IMG/VR virus record: IMGVR_UViG_3300043570_004127
Span: 96,001-160,000 of that record
DNA from: a virus
Reading direction: 5' to 3' (one strand)
DNA: 64,000 nucleotides
Each line of letters begins with the position of its first letter. Position 1 is the stretch's first letter. Both the position numbers and the translations under genes were made by a program. The notes under the pieces were generated by a model. It was not told where the DNA came from, did no database searches, and saw nothing but the letters and a program-made list of their open reading frames with translations. This document shows, piece after piece, positions 1 to 7,888 of this stretch.

Positions 1-383
1 TCTTGGTCTTCGCCAAAGAATGTTATGTTATTGAATGCTTCGCGACCGCGTTCCGATTTAAGGTTAAATTGAACTCTCGTATAGAGTCCACCCACGCCAT
101 TTGCTCGCATTTTTGCAGGCAAACGTGGGTCGTTTGGACCAACCTCGTAGATGTCTAAAACTTTACCAATAGGCTCATTCCAGTTGTGACCCCAAACGAC
201 TCGTGGCTTACGTCTACGGAGCGAGGAATCAAAGCAACCAGGCAAGCAAATGTCGCCAACACTGTCCTTGTTCCCAATAGCGGCAGTGAAACATTCAACG
301 ATACCCAATGCCTCATTGGTGCTTATCTGTCCAGGCATGGACTTGTATTGAGTTTCAGTAAAGTTTTCGGTAATATTTGTCAT
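1..383 (-). CDS. HK97-type prohead maturation protease (5' part; runs off the window's left edge)
   Basis: Not in the ORF track. Hand translation from ATG at 383: MTNITENFTETQYKSMPGQIS...GIVECFTAAIGNKDSVGDICLPGCF...PRVVWGHNWNEPIGK...GGLYTRVQFNLKSERGREAF. These are U35/S78-type protease motifs, and the gene lies directly downstream of the portal. Confidence 0.85.
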   Translation of the reverse strand, partial: MTNITENFTETQYKSMPGQISTNEALGIVECFTAAIGNKDSVGDICLPGCFDSSLRRRKPRVVWGHNWNEPIGKVLDIYEVGPNDPRLPAKMRANGVGGLYTRVQFNLKSERGREAFNNITFFGEDQ

Positions 384-482
384 TGTTTACGCGCTTTCAG
401 AGAACTGTATTCACAATAATAAGCGCTGGAGACACTCTTTTGGCATAAGAGCGGATTAAATTACTGGACTTTAATTAAAGTC

Positions 483-2735
483 TCAGTTCAAGCCGAATTT
501 TAATCTGCAACGACAGTTCATTGTCATGCGAGCTGGGGATAGTGGGTCGCCTGGGAACCTAATTACATCATCACCAACATTGAATGCATCGCCAACACTA
601 ACCGTTTTCCCGTCGAGAAGTCTGTGCTCTGCTCTTGTTTTTGAATCCTTCAAAGAAATCCAAGTTTTTGATGCCGCACCAACCTGTTTTGCTCCAAAGT
701 AGACACCAGCATTATATGAAGTCTGCGCCTCATGTTCAGCAATGACCCTTTGCTTCTTGGAAATTAGATTAATAAAGATTGCCACCAGGGCAGCCTTTAG
801 CATTCCGGAACGGTCCTCGTCATCTTCAAGCGCAGAGGATATAAGTATGGCTGCTGCTATTTCTTCCTTGGTTGATGAGTTGACTTTTTGCATTCTTTCA
901 ATTTGTGCATCAATCAACTGTTTGATTTCTTCTTCATCAATTTCTGTCGGCATTCCTGTCTGTTCATTTATCAGACGAGCTGCGTCATTTGTAATACCGG
1001 AAAGAAGCGGTCTGAAGTCTTCAAGCATTTGCTTGTCCCAAACATCAATGTCAAAAATTAAACTCGATTCTAGGGAGCCTGCTGCAAGTGCCTTTTTTGA
1101 TTTTGCGCCCATGGCCTTTTCAAGGACAACTCGTTGCTGCCGTTCGAAAAATCTATCTAAATTTCTATCCAAAATTTCAATCCAGCGTTTTGAGTTTTCT
1201 TCTGCTTTTGAGTCCCAGTCATCGATTTGTTTGTTATCTGATTTTGACTGCATCGTCGGTTCGTATGCAGACAACGCACTCGGTGACATTTGTGGTTGTC
1301 CACCCTGCTCTGCTGCGAGTGCTTCAGTCATAGTGTTTGGCTTTTGATTCATGTCAACTATTTGTGCCGGTATCTCTTGGTCTTGCGGCGCACCTTCAAC
1401 TGGAACCTCTGGTGTTGGCATTACCCCCGCTGCTGCGACGCCAGGCATACCTGGCTGTTGTCCAGCCGCTGCAGCATCGGCTGCTTGCTTGGCGGAGTCA
1501 AACTCTTTGTCTGTATAACCAATCGGAGTAAGGTTTGGATTGGCAAGAAGAGCCTGCATGAGGTCTGATTTGATATGAATTCTTCCGGTTGCGGCTCGAT
1601 ACTCGTTGCCACTTATAAGACCATTCTGAAATTCGTCTAACAAATATCTTTCACGCTCTTGCTTGTAGAGAATAAGGATTGGTACATCAGACGTATCGAA
1701 GTCAATATAAAACTCATCGTCCAGTTCGTCTAATGCCCGACCAATCAACTCCATGTGCGGAAGCATTGTCTCGTTCCAAAAAACCCTATGTTCTTCAGCG
1801 GCATTTGAGAATGTTCGACCGGATGCATTGCCAATAACGGATTCCGGAACACCGAAGGATGCAAGGATTTCCTCTTTTGTAATCTGTCGCATCTGTATAT
1901 AGTTGGCATCACGAGGGGATGCACCTGTATCGACGTAATCAACACCGTCGTCAGATGAGACAACAGTTATAGAGCCAGCCCTATTTATATTTCCACGAAA
2001 TCTACTGCGAAGCTCATCTTTGTCATCGTCATCAATTTCTCCTTTTACAACAAGCAAGCCGCCTGGCCGACCGTCGTTAAGAAGGAAGTTGCGATTATAT
2101 ATTTTAGAAAGGTTTTCAATTTCAATGGCGATACCAGCAGACTCAAGTGGAGTCATGGACAGGTATGGGTCTAGTGGATGTGGCTTTCTTACCCAGCAAA
2201 CATCTTCCGGCTTTAGGATTACCTTTGTTCCGTTTCGCATATCAACTTCAAAACCGGAAACAAACTTTTTCGGGTCAGGTATTGGCGATGTGTGTTGTGG
2301 CGGAAGTAATTGAAGGGCGATGATTCCACCATCACGACCGCGTACTTTTTCAATAAATGCCCCACGTGAGGACATTAACAATTGAGAGGAAAGTCTGTAT
2401 CTAAAAACAAATGAGTTTTCACCCATGTTTGATTTAGAGTTCAAAATATCCAATATTTTGTTACTCTGATTGTCTGTGACAATTTTCCCAGTTGGGGAAT
2501 TATCTTTTCGCAACATTGCAGGTAGGCGGGCCTGATTTCCTGCTATCGCATCAATGCACCTGTTAACCCAGGTGACCTTGGCCATTCCTTCTCTGTAGGC
2601 ACGCTCAATATCCCAAGAGTCTCGATATGGCTTTCCAGCCTGGCTTGGGTTGAACGCGACAGGAGCACCTGGCCCGAGTATCGATTTCTGTCCTGGTGAC
2701 TGGAGAGATTTGTTTTGCGAAGAGTTCCACGCCAT
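483..2735 (-). CDS. Portal protein (HK97 family) fused to a C-terminal MuF/SPP1 gp7-like head morphogenesis domain
   Basis: Portal motifs: WVNRCIDAIA, LQLLPP, MTPLESA, NDGRPGGLL, EILASFGVPESVIG, TFSNAAE. C-terminus KTWISLKDSKTRAEH...FPGDP...NCRC is MuF-like. Confidence 0.9.
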   Translation of the reverse strand: MAWNSSQNKSLQSPGQKSILGPGAPVAFNPSQAGKPYRDSWDIERAYREGMAKVTWVNRCIDAIAGNQARLPAMLRKDNSPTGKIVTDNQSNKILDILNSKSNMGENSFVFRYRLSSQLLMSSRGAFIEKVRGRDGGIIALQLLPPQHTSPIPDPKKFVSGFEVDMRNGTKVILKPEDVCWVRKPHPLDPYLSMTPLESAGIAIEIENLSKIYNRNFLLNDGRPGGLLVVKGEIDDDDKDELRSRFRGNINRAGSITVVSSDDGVDYVDTGASPRDANYIQMRQITKEEILASFGVPESVIGNASGRTFSNAAEEHRVFWNETMLPHMELIGRALDELDDEFYIDFDTSDVPILILYKQERERYLLDEFQNGLISGNEYRAATGRIHIKSDLMQALLANPNLTPIGYTDKEFDSAKQAADAAAAGQQPGMPGVAAAGVMPTPEVPVEGAPQDQEIPAQIVDMNQKPNTMTEALAAEQGGQPQMSPSALSAYEPTMQSKSDNKQIDDWDSKAEENSKRWIEILDRNLDRFFERQQRVVLEKAMGAKSKKALAAGSLESSLIFDIDVWDKQMLEDFRPLLSGITNDAARLINEQTGMPTEIDEEEIKQLIDAQIERMQKVNSSTKEEIAAAILISSALEDDEDRSGMLKAALVAIFINLISKKQRVIAEHEAQTSYNAGVYFGAKQVGAASKTWISLKDSKTRAEHRLLDGKTVSVGDAFNVGDDVIRFPGDPLSPARMTMNCRCRLKFGLN

Positions 2736-2744
2736 AAAGTGCGA

Positions 2745-2912
2745 TTATTCCAGTCCTAGTAGAAACCCGAGGGCGCCAGAACAAACCCCTGCGGTAATAA
2801 AGCCCACAGGCAACGAAATGTAAAAAGCGCCAATTGTTGTCATAATTATAAATGACACCATGAGCATATTGGCAGTTCTCCGTCTAGTAAACCATTGTAG
2901 TACTTTTTTCAT
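2745..2912 (-). CDS. Small membrane protein (55 aa) upstream of the portal
   Basis: Hand translation MKKVLQWFTRRRTANMLMVSFIIMTTIGAFYISLPVGFITAGVCSGALGFLLGLE has two hydrophobic segments. Small TM genes often sit next to HK97-type portals. Confidence 0.65.
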   Translation of the reverse strand: MKKVLQWFTRRRTANMLMVSFIIMTTIGAFYISLPVGFITAGVCSGALGFLLGLE

Positions 2913-2978
2913 ACACCCACCGGTTCTGCATCTTTCATATGGTTAAATACTAGTACGAAATACGTTGATGACAGGAAC

Positions 2979-4286
2979 ATGATGACAAATTGGAACGAAG
3001 TACTCAGATACCTAGAACCCAAGAAGCCTTTGTACTGCCCTGAAGAGGCATCGATTACACAAAGAGTATTCCTTAGAACATACGACATAGAAGCCCTTTT
3101 TGGTGGTGCAGCAGGCGGAGGAAAATCGTCTGCGTTGCTGATGGCTGCTCTCCAATACGTTGATATACCTGGCTATTCTGCAATTCTTTTCAGAAGAACT
3201 TATGCCGACTTGTCTCTGCCTGGAGCCTTGATGGACCGTTTTAAGTCGTGGATTGCAATGCATGACGATGTGCACTGGAACGCAAATAGCTTCATAGCTA
3301 CCTTCCCGTCAGGCGCAAGAATTTCTTTCGGTTACCTAAACAACGTTGGCGACTATCTTCGTTACAAGGGTTCTGAATTTCAGTTTATTGGTATGGACGA
3401 GGTTACCGAAATTAGAGAATCTGATTATCGCTATCTCTTTTCTCGTCTACGTCGTCCATCAACTGGTGAATTATCAAAAGTCCCACTAAGGATGAGGACT
3501 GCGTCTAACCCTGCACCCAATTGGGTTAGACAGAGGTTTATCGTTGAGGGACGTGAGCACGGTCGGATATTCGTTCCATCCATGCTTACCGATAACCCAG
3601 GAATTGACGCTGAGTCATACCGACAGGCGCTATCCGCCCTTGACCCCATTGAGCGCAGACGGCTGGAAATGGGCGACTGGTGGGCAACTAGCCTCGGAAC
3701 GATTTTTGATAGAACAGCATTTGTCCCAATTGACCCGATAGATGTGCCACAAGTCACATCATCAGCTAGGGCTGTTAGATTCTGGGACCTTGCAGCAACC
3801 GAGCCAAGCCATTCAAACCCAAATCCCGACTGGACCGTAGGCACTTTGATGCTTTTCGACCAAGGAATCGCCTATGTCTTGGATGTCAAAAAGGCCCGAG
3901 TAAAGAACGAACGGGTTGAGCAATTAGTGGCTCAAACAGCCTATGAAGACGGCCATACGGTGACGATACGAATGGAGCAAGAACCAGGTTCGTCAGGAAA
4001 GGCCCTAATCGACCAGTATGCCCGCTACATCCTTCCAGGGTATGACTTTGGTGGAATTCGGTCTACTGGGGACAAATTAACTAGGGCACGCCCTTTTTCT
4101 GCGGCCGTAGCCAACGGTAACGTTCGGGTTGTCCAAGCCCCATGGCTATCGGATTGGCTTGATGAATTTTCTGCATTTCCAGAAGCATGCGACCACGACG
4201 ACCAGGTTGACTCTGCCGTTGGAGCTTTTACACATTTAACTGGTTTGGGGTTGCCACAGAGGAGACCAGTCTCTATAATCATCTAG
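2979..4286 (+). CDS. terL: Terminase large subunit
   Basis: Walker A GGAAGGGKS, Walker B FIGMDE, ASNP coupling motif, nuclease motifs WDLA and HDDQVD. Confidence 0.93.
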   Translation: MMTNWNEVLRYLEPKKPLYCPEEASITQRVFLRTYDIEALFGGAAGGGKSSALLMAALQYVDIPGYSAILFRRTYADLSLPGALMDRFKSWIAMHDDVHWNANSFIATFPSGARISFGYLNNVGDYLRYKGSEFQFIGMDEVTEIRESDYRYLFSRLRRPSTGELSKVPLRMRTASNPAPNWVRQRFIVEGREHGRIFVPSMLTDNPGIDAESYRQALSALDPIERRRLEMGDWWATSLGTIFDRTAFVPIDPIDVPQVTSSARAVRFWDLAATEPSHSNPNPDWTVGTLMLFDQGIAYVLDVKKARVKNERVEQLVAQTAYEDGHTVTIRMEQEPGSSGKALIDQYARYILPGYDFGGIRSTGDKLTRARPFSAAVANGNVRVVQAPWLSDWLDEFSAFPEACDHDDQVDSAVGAFTHLTGLGLPQRRPVSIII

Positions 4287-4317
4287 GAAGACCTACAAAC
4301 CTAACTATTGGAGACAT

Positions 4318-4827
4318 ATGAATATTGAGGGGAAAGAAGCCTGGAATAAGGCTTTGGACGATGCAAATCGTTCATTAATGGAATTAGAGCGCGCTTTTAG
4401 CAAGCTCGGAGAAAGCAAGGACATTGAAACTGTTTGCTCCGCATTGGTAGAAGCACACCTGCTCAAAGCAAGCATGTCCGTGGCTTACGACTCTCTTTGC
4501 CACATCGTCGATGGAGTGATGGGAAGTCTCCCAGAATTCATTACAACCGATGGAAGCAAAGTTGAAAAACGAGCCGGCAATGACCGCAAGAAGTGGAGGC
4601 ACGAAGAACTTGCGCAGAACATTGCGTCACGTTTAAGCGATATGTCGGTTGATATGTCAACTGGTGAAATCACAATGACACCGCAAGAAATGGTTGTCAA
4701 ACTTCTTGACTACTGTGCGCCATCATACTGGCGAGTAAAAGAACTTGCAAAAATTGGAATTTCCGCAGATAAGTTCTGCGAGGTAGAAGAAAAAGAAGCA
4801 AGCATTATCGTACGAAAGGCTAAATAA
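4318..4827 (+). CDS. Hypothetical protein (recombination module)
   Basis: 169-aa ORF with GGAG RBS, immediately upstream of the Sak-like gene. Confidence 0.6.
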   Translation: MNIEGKEAWNKALDDANRSLMELERAFSKLGESKDIETVCSALVEAHLLKASMSVAYDSLCHIVDGVMGSLPEFITTDGSKVEKRAGNDRKKWRHEELAQNIASRLSDMSVDMSTGEITMTPQEMVVKLLDYCAPSYWRVKELAKIGISADKFCEVEEKEASIIVRKAK

Positions 4828-4828
4828 A

Positions 4829-5473
4829 ATGTCAGACATATACCAACAACTATCAGAGTCGTTCCCACCAGAGATGGTGCGTTCAGTTAATAAAAGTGGA
4901 ACGAATCTTCTATACATCCCAGTTACCGAAGTAACCAACCGTCTCAATAAGGTTCTCGGTGTTGGGAAGTGGTCGCGCGAGGTAATCAAGTGTGAACGCG
5001 ACGCAATTGATACTGACTGGATTATGGCTCATGTCCGCATTACTTGGCTTGCAACGGATGAGCACCCAGCCGTATCTCGCGATGGAATTGATGCAGCAAA
5101 GATTATGCGCACCAAGCAAGGTCAGATTGTCGACCTTGGCGATGCGTACAAGAGTGCAGAGTCAAACGCGTTCAAGAAAGCAGCCCAAAGCCTTGGTGTC
5201 GGTTTGTACTTATCTCGTACTGACGACGCAATCGAAATCGAACAAGCAATGGATGCTGTTCCAGCAAATGCTGATGCTCATCCAATTTGGGACAACTTCA
5301 TTGGTATTAGCAAGAAATTCAATGCTGAGCAAAAAGCCGAACTCCGCTCCAAGTGGAGCGAATGGAGTGGTGGAAAAGCCGTTCCAACAAAAGACACGGT
5401 GACATCTGCAGAGGCTGATTTCCTTCATGTTGAAGCAGTTGCGATTGCTTTCTCCGAAAAGAAGAAAGACTAA
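4829..5473 (+). CDS. Rad52/Sak-like single-strand annealing protein
   Basis: LYIPVTEVTNRLNKVLG..W and YKSAESNAFKKAAQSLGVGLYL are Rad52/22-family motifs. Confidence 0.85.
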   Translation: MSDIYQQLSESFPPEMVRSVNKSGTNLLYIPVTEVTNRLNKVLGVGKWSREVIKCERDAIDTDWIMAHVRITWLATDEHPAVSRDGIDAAKIMRTKQGQIVDLGDAYKSAESNAFKKAAQSLGVGLYLSRTDDAIEIEQAMDAVPANADAHPIWDNFIGISKKFNAEQKAELRSKWSEWSGGKAVPTKDTVTSAEADFLHVEAVAIAFSEKKKD

Positions 5474-5475
5474 AC

Positions 5476-6264
5476 GTGACAACGGAGTTGAATCCACTCC
5501 CACCACACCTTTCAGCATCATCTATTGGGACATTCCAACAATGTCCGCTACGTTTCAAGTTGTCGCGAATCGATAAGATTTCGGAACCGCCAACCCAGCA
5601 GACGTTGATGGGGAATTTTGTTCACGACACCCTTGAGTATTTCTACAACACATATCAACCAGAAGACCGCTCGCTTTCTAACGCGCAACATTCTGCTCGA
5701 TTTGTTTGGGAATCATCTGGATGGGTGGAACGTGTAACGCCGTATCTTCGGACATTATCTATAAATGACTTCCGATGGAATTCATGGTGGTGTATCGAGA
5801 ATCTTTTCGGACTTGAAAACCCTGGGATAATTCATCCTCGTGGAGTTGAGTTTGAGGTCAACGGTGCAATCAATGGAGTTGTAATCAAGGGTTTTATTGA
5901 CCGCTGGATACATGACGAAGACAAAATAACCATCAGTGATTACAAGACTGGAAAAGTTCCATCTTCGCGCTACATGGAAGGTAAGTTTTTTCAGTTGGTC
6001 CTTTATTCCCTGCTCCTCAAGGAGATGGGGATTACATCAGAAAACACAGAACTTGAATTGCTCTATCTAAAAGATGGGGTTCGTAAGACCAATAAGCCAA
6101 AAGAAATTGATTATGAGTCAGCAATAAACTTAATAACAACGGTAAAAAGGGAGATAGACCAAGCTTATGAAGACAACAAATGGCCAGCTGTTCCGTCGCG
6201 ACTCTGCGACTGGTGCGTTTACAAATCAAGTATCTGCAGCCATTGGAACAAAAAAAATGAATGA
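5476..6264 (+). CDS. PD-(D/E)XK RecB/Cas4-like exonuclease
   Basis: LSASSI..FQQCPLRF, GNFVH, GFIDR, DYKTG, QL..Y and C-terminal CDWC..C (Fe-S ligands). Confidence 0.88.
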   Translation: MTTELNPLPPHLSASSIGTFQQCPLRFKLSRIDKISEPPTQQTLMGNFVHDTLEYFYNTYQPEDRSLSNAQHSARFVWESSGWVERVTPYLRTLSINDFRWNSWWCIENLFGLENPGIIHPRGVEFEVNGAINGVVIKGFIDRWIHDEDKITISDYKTGKVPSSRYMEGKFFQLVLYSLLLKEMGITSENTELELLYLKDGVRKTNKPKEIDYESAINLITTVKREIDQAYEDNKWPAVPSRLCDWCVYKSSICSHWNKKNE

Positions 6265-6748
6265 TGAGACTTTTGCTCGGATTGTCGCAGAAGATGTAAA
6301 AAACAACGTAACCGAAAGCCAGCGAGAATATTTGATGCTCCCACAGAATCGGGCACGCTGGAAGTTTGCATTAAAAGTCTTGTCCGAAAATATCAGTTCA
6401 CAAATAAAGGACATCAACGCAGACAAGGAGGCCGACAGTATTCGTTATTCGGCACTTGGTTCGCAGGGGAAGTCGATGCTTGTCGAATCAGGTGCTGCCT
6501 ATGACGCGAAGCTCAATAAGATTAGTCGCTTCATGTTCTACGTTGAAAGCCGTCTTAATTTTGTAGAAAACCTCGTTGAGGATGAGTCTGAGATGTCTCG
6601 AAAAGAGCTCTTAGAAGCAGCAATTCACAAGTATCTTGAGATGCTTGATGAGATGGACTTTGAACGCACCGAACTTGACGATGCACTTGAGCACGCATTG
6701 ATTAACAACTCCCTATCTGCGTTTGACTCAGTTACACTTGAAGAGTGA
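6257..6748 (+). CDS. Hypothetical helical protein
   Basis: Start moved to ATG 6257, which overlaps the upstream gene's end. Coupled to the next gene. Confidence 0.6.
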   Translation: MNDETFARIVAEDVKNNVTESQREYLMLPQNRARWKFALKVLSENISSQIKDINADKEADSIRYSALGSQGKSMLVESGAAYDAKLNKISRFMFYVESRLNFVENLVEDESEMSRKELLEAAIHKYLEMLDEMDFERTELDDALEHALINNSLSAFDSVTLEE

Positions 6749-7047
6749 GATATAGGTCAAAGAAAAAAGAAGAAGAGTACAAACTACGAAGACCTCTCGT
6801 TATTCGCTTGCTCGAAGAGCGACCATGGTGCGAGGCATGTTCAAAATTTGCCGAACACGATGAAGTTGTTACCTATACAAGAAACAGAAGCAGCGACATA
6901 CATGAAATTATTCGTCGTTCACAGGGCGGCTCGATACTCGATGAAGAGAATCTCATGTCGGTATGTAGGCCGTGCCACATGAGAATCGGAAACTATCCGC
7001 AGTTGGCTTTTGACCTAGGTCTGGCTAAGCACGGCTGGGAGCGTTAG
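6745..7047 (+). CDS. HNH-like endonuclease / Zn-finger protein
   Basis: CxxC...DIHE....SQGG....ENL..VCRPCH pattern. Confidence 0.7.
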   Translation: MRYRSKKKEEEYKLRRPLVIRLLEERPWCEACSKFAEHDEVVTYTRNRSSDIHEIIRRSQGGSILDEENLMSVCRPCHMRIGNYPQLAFDLGLAKHGWER

Positions 7048-7078
7048 GTTTTAACTAGCTAAGAGTTTTTGGGTATAA

Positions 7079-7115
7079 AAAAACCACCTCACCCACTAGT
7101 GATGAGGTGGTTTTT
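7079..7115. terminator. Bidirectional intrinsic terminator
   Basis: AAAAACCACCTCA...TGAGGTGGTTTTT inverted repeat between the convergent genes 6745-7047 and 7130-7480. Confidence 0.85.
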
Positions 7116-7129
7116 GTTAAAGGGTTTAT

Positions 7130-7480
7130 TTAGCCTTGGATTACGGTGAATGCAACTGTCATGTTTGAACCAGCAGTGCCGGAACCGACAGCCGATACGT
7201 CAAGGCTGACAAGAGCGCCTTGTGTGAAATCGCAGTTGGCTGCAGTAAGCGTGCCTTCGTCTGAAGTTCCTGCAGCTGCGATTGAGAACGCTGCTGCTAC
7301 ATCAGAACCGACTTTAAGGTCTGCGGTAAGTGCTGAACCTGCTGGTGCTGTGGTTACGGCTACGTAAGCGCCGGTGATTCTGCCAGCAAACGGCATGGCC
7401 ATTGTGACGATGCTGCTGGTTGACAATCCACCAGCAATGTTCATTGTGATGGTTGTTGGTGCGAGTACTGCTGTTGACAT
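7130..7480 (-). CDS. Small beta-rich virion/decoration-like protein (paralog of 62699-63115)
   Basis: ATG 7480 with AGGAG RBS. Shares VxTAPxGSxxxxD and xxLDVxxVGS...GxNxTV with 62699-63115. Confidence 0.6.
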   Translation of the reverse strand: MSTAVLAPTTITMNIAGGLSTSSIVTMAMPFAGRITGAYVAVTTAPAGSALTADLKVGSDVAAAFSIAAAGTSDEGTLTAANCDFTQGALVSLDVSAVGSGTAGSNMTVAFTVIQG

Positions 7481-7592
7481 TTTTTCTCCTATGTATAAAT
7501 GGGGTACGCGAAAAAGTATACACCAAACAATCTTGACCAAAGGAGAATAAAAAAAAACGTTTATTTTACGTGAGTGAAAAATGTTGCGGGTG

Positions 7593-7598
7593 TATTGT
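7593..7598 (+). promoter_or_regulatory. -10 element for sRNA-1
   Basis: TATTGT lies 6 nt before the rRNA-antisense 17-mer, the same spacing seen at leaderless genes in this window. Confidence 0.55.
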
Positions 7599-7604
7599 TG
7601 TAAT

Positions 7605-7667
7605 CCTTAGGACCGTTATAGGCGCGAAAGTCGGGTGGGGAAACTCACTCGGCTTTTGCGTTTTTTT
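7605..7667 (+). ncRNA. Candidate sRNA-1: 5' seed antisense to 23S rRNA helix 69, followed by an 18-bp GNRA-capped terminator hairpin
   Basis: CCTTAGGACCGTTATAG (7605-7621) is the reverse complement of 23S CUAUAACGGUCCUAAGG. Hairpin 7622-7661 has 5 G-U pairs and a GAAA loop, then a U-run. Confidence 0.7.
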
Positions 7668-7715
7668 GTTTTACAAACACCATAAAGCTATTTACTTTCG
7701 TAAGGCATCGCTGAG

Positions 7716-7724
7716 TGTTACTCT
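7716..7724 (+). promoter_or_regulatory. Extended -10 (TGn-TACTCT) for sRNA-2
   Basis: TGTTACTCT about 6 nt upstream of the structured segment starting at about 7730. Confidence 0.55.
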
Positions 7725-7729
7725 GAAAT

Positions 7730-7865
7730 CCTCTAGCCGGTAGCCGTTTCCAAGGGAAGAAAGGCAGGTGGTCAAAGAGTCTAGTGATTTTTCACGGCAA
7801 AACAATTCCTCTATGCTCCGAGGACATTGGAAACCCGCCTGATGCTAGAGGTCAGGCGGGTCTTT
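7730..7865 (+). ncRNA. Candidate sRNA-2 / structured leader with a 16S 3'-end complement and a terminator
   Basis: AGAAAGGCAGGTGGTC (7758-7773) resembles the complement of the 16S 3' tail. Long-range pairings 7730-37/7844-51 and 7746-53/7827-34. Terminal hairpin 7833-7861. Confidence 0.6.
7833..7865 (+). terminator. Intrinsic terminator hairpin
   Basis: ACCCGCCTGAT-gctagag-GTCAGGCGGGT followed by CTTT. Confidence 0.7.
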
Positions 7866-7888
7866 GCTGTACGGGGTAGTATTCGTCT

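Noticed and set aside
5476-6264. Cas4 as part of a CRISPR system
   Set aside because: No array or other cas genes. Its position beside the Sak-like gene indicates a recombination exonuclease.
7605-7621. The 23S-matching 17-mer as an rRNA gene fragment, attP core or homing-endonuclease site
   Set aside because: The flanks are not rRNA, no integrase or LAGLIDADG gene is in the window, and the match is shorter than the full I-CeuI site. Its exact placement between a -10 and a strand-specific hairpin fits a transcript better. An attP role cannot be fully excluded without the rest of the genome.
7741-7752. TAGCCGTTTCCA as antisense to 16S helix 8 (UGGAAACGG)
   Set aside because: The match is short and host-dependent, and the same bases are explained by internal pairing with 7827-34.
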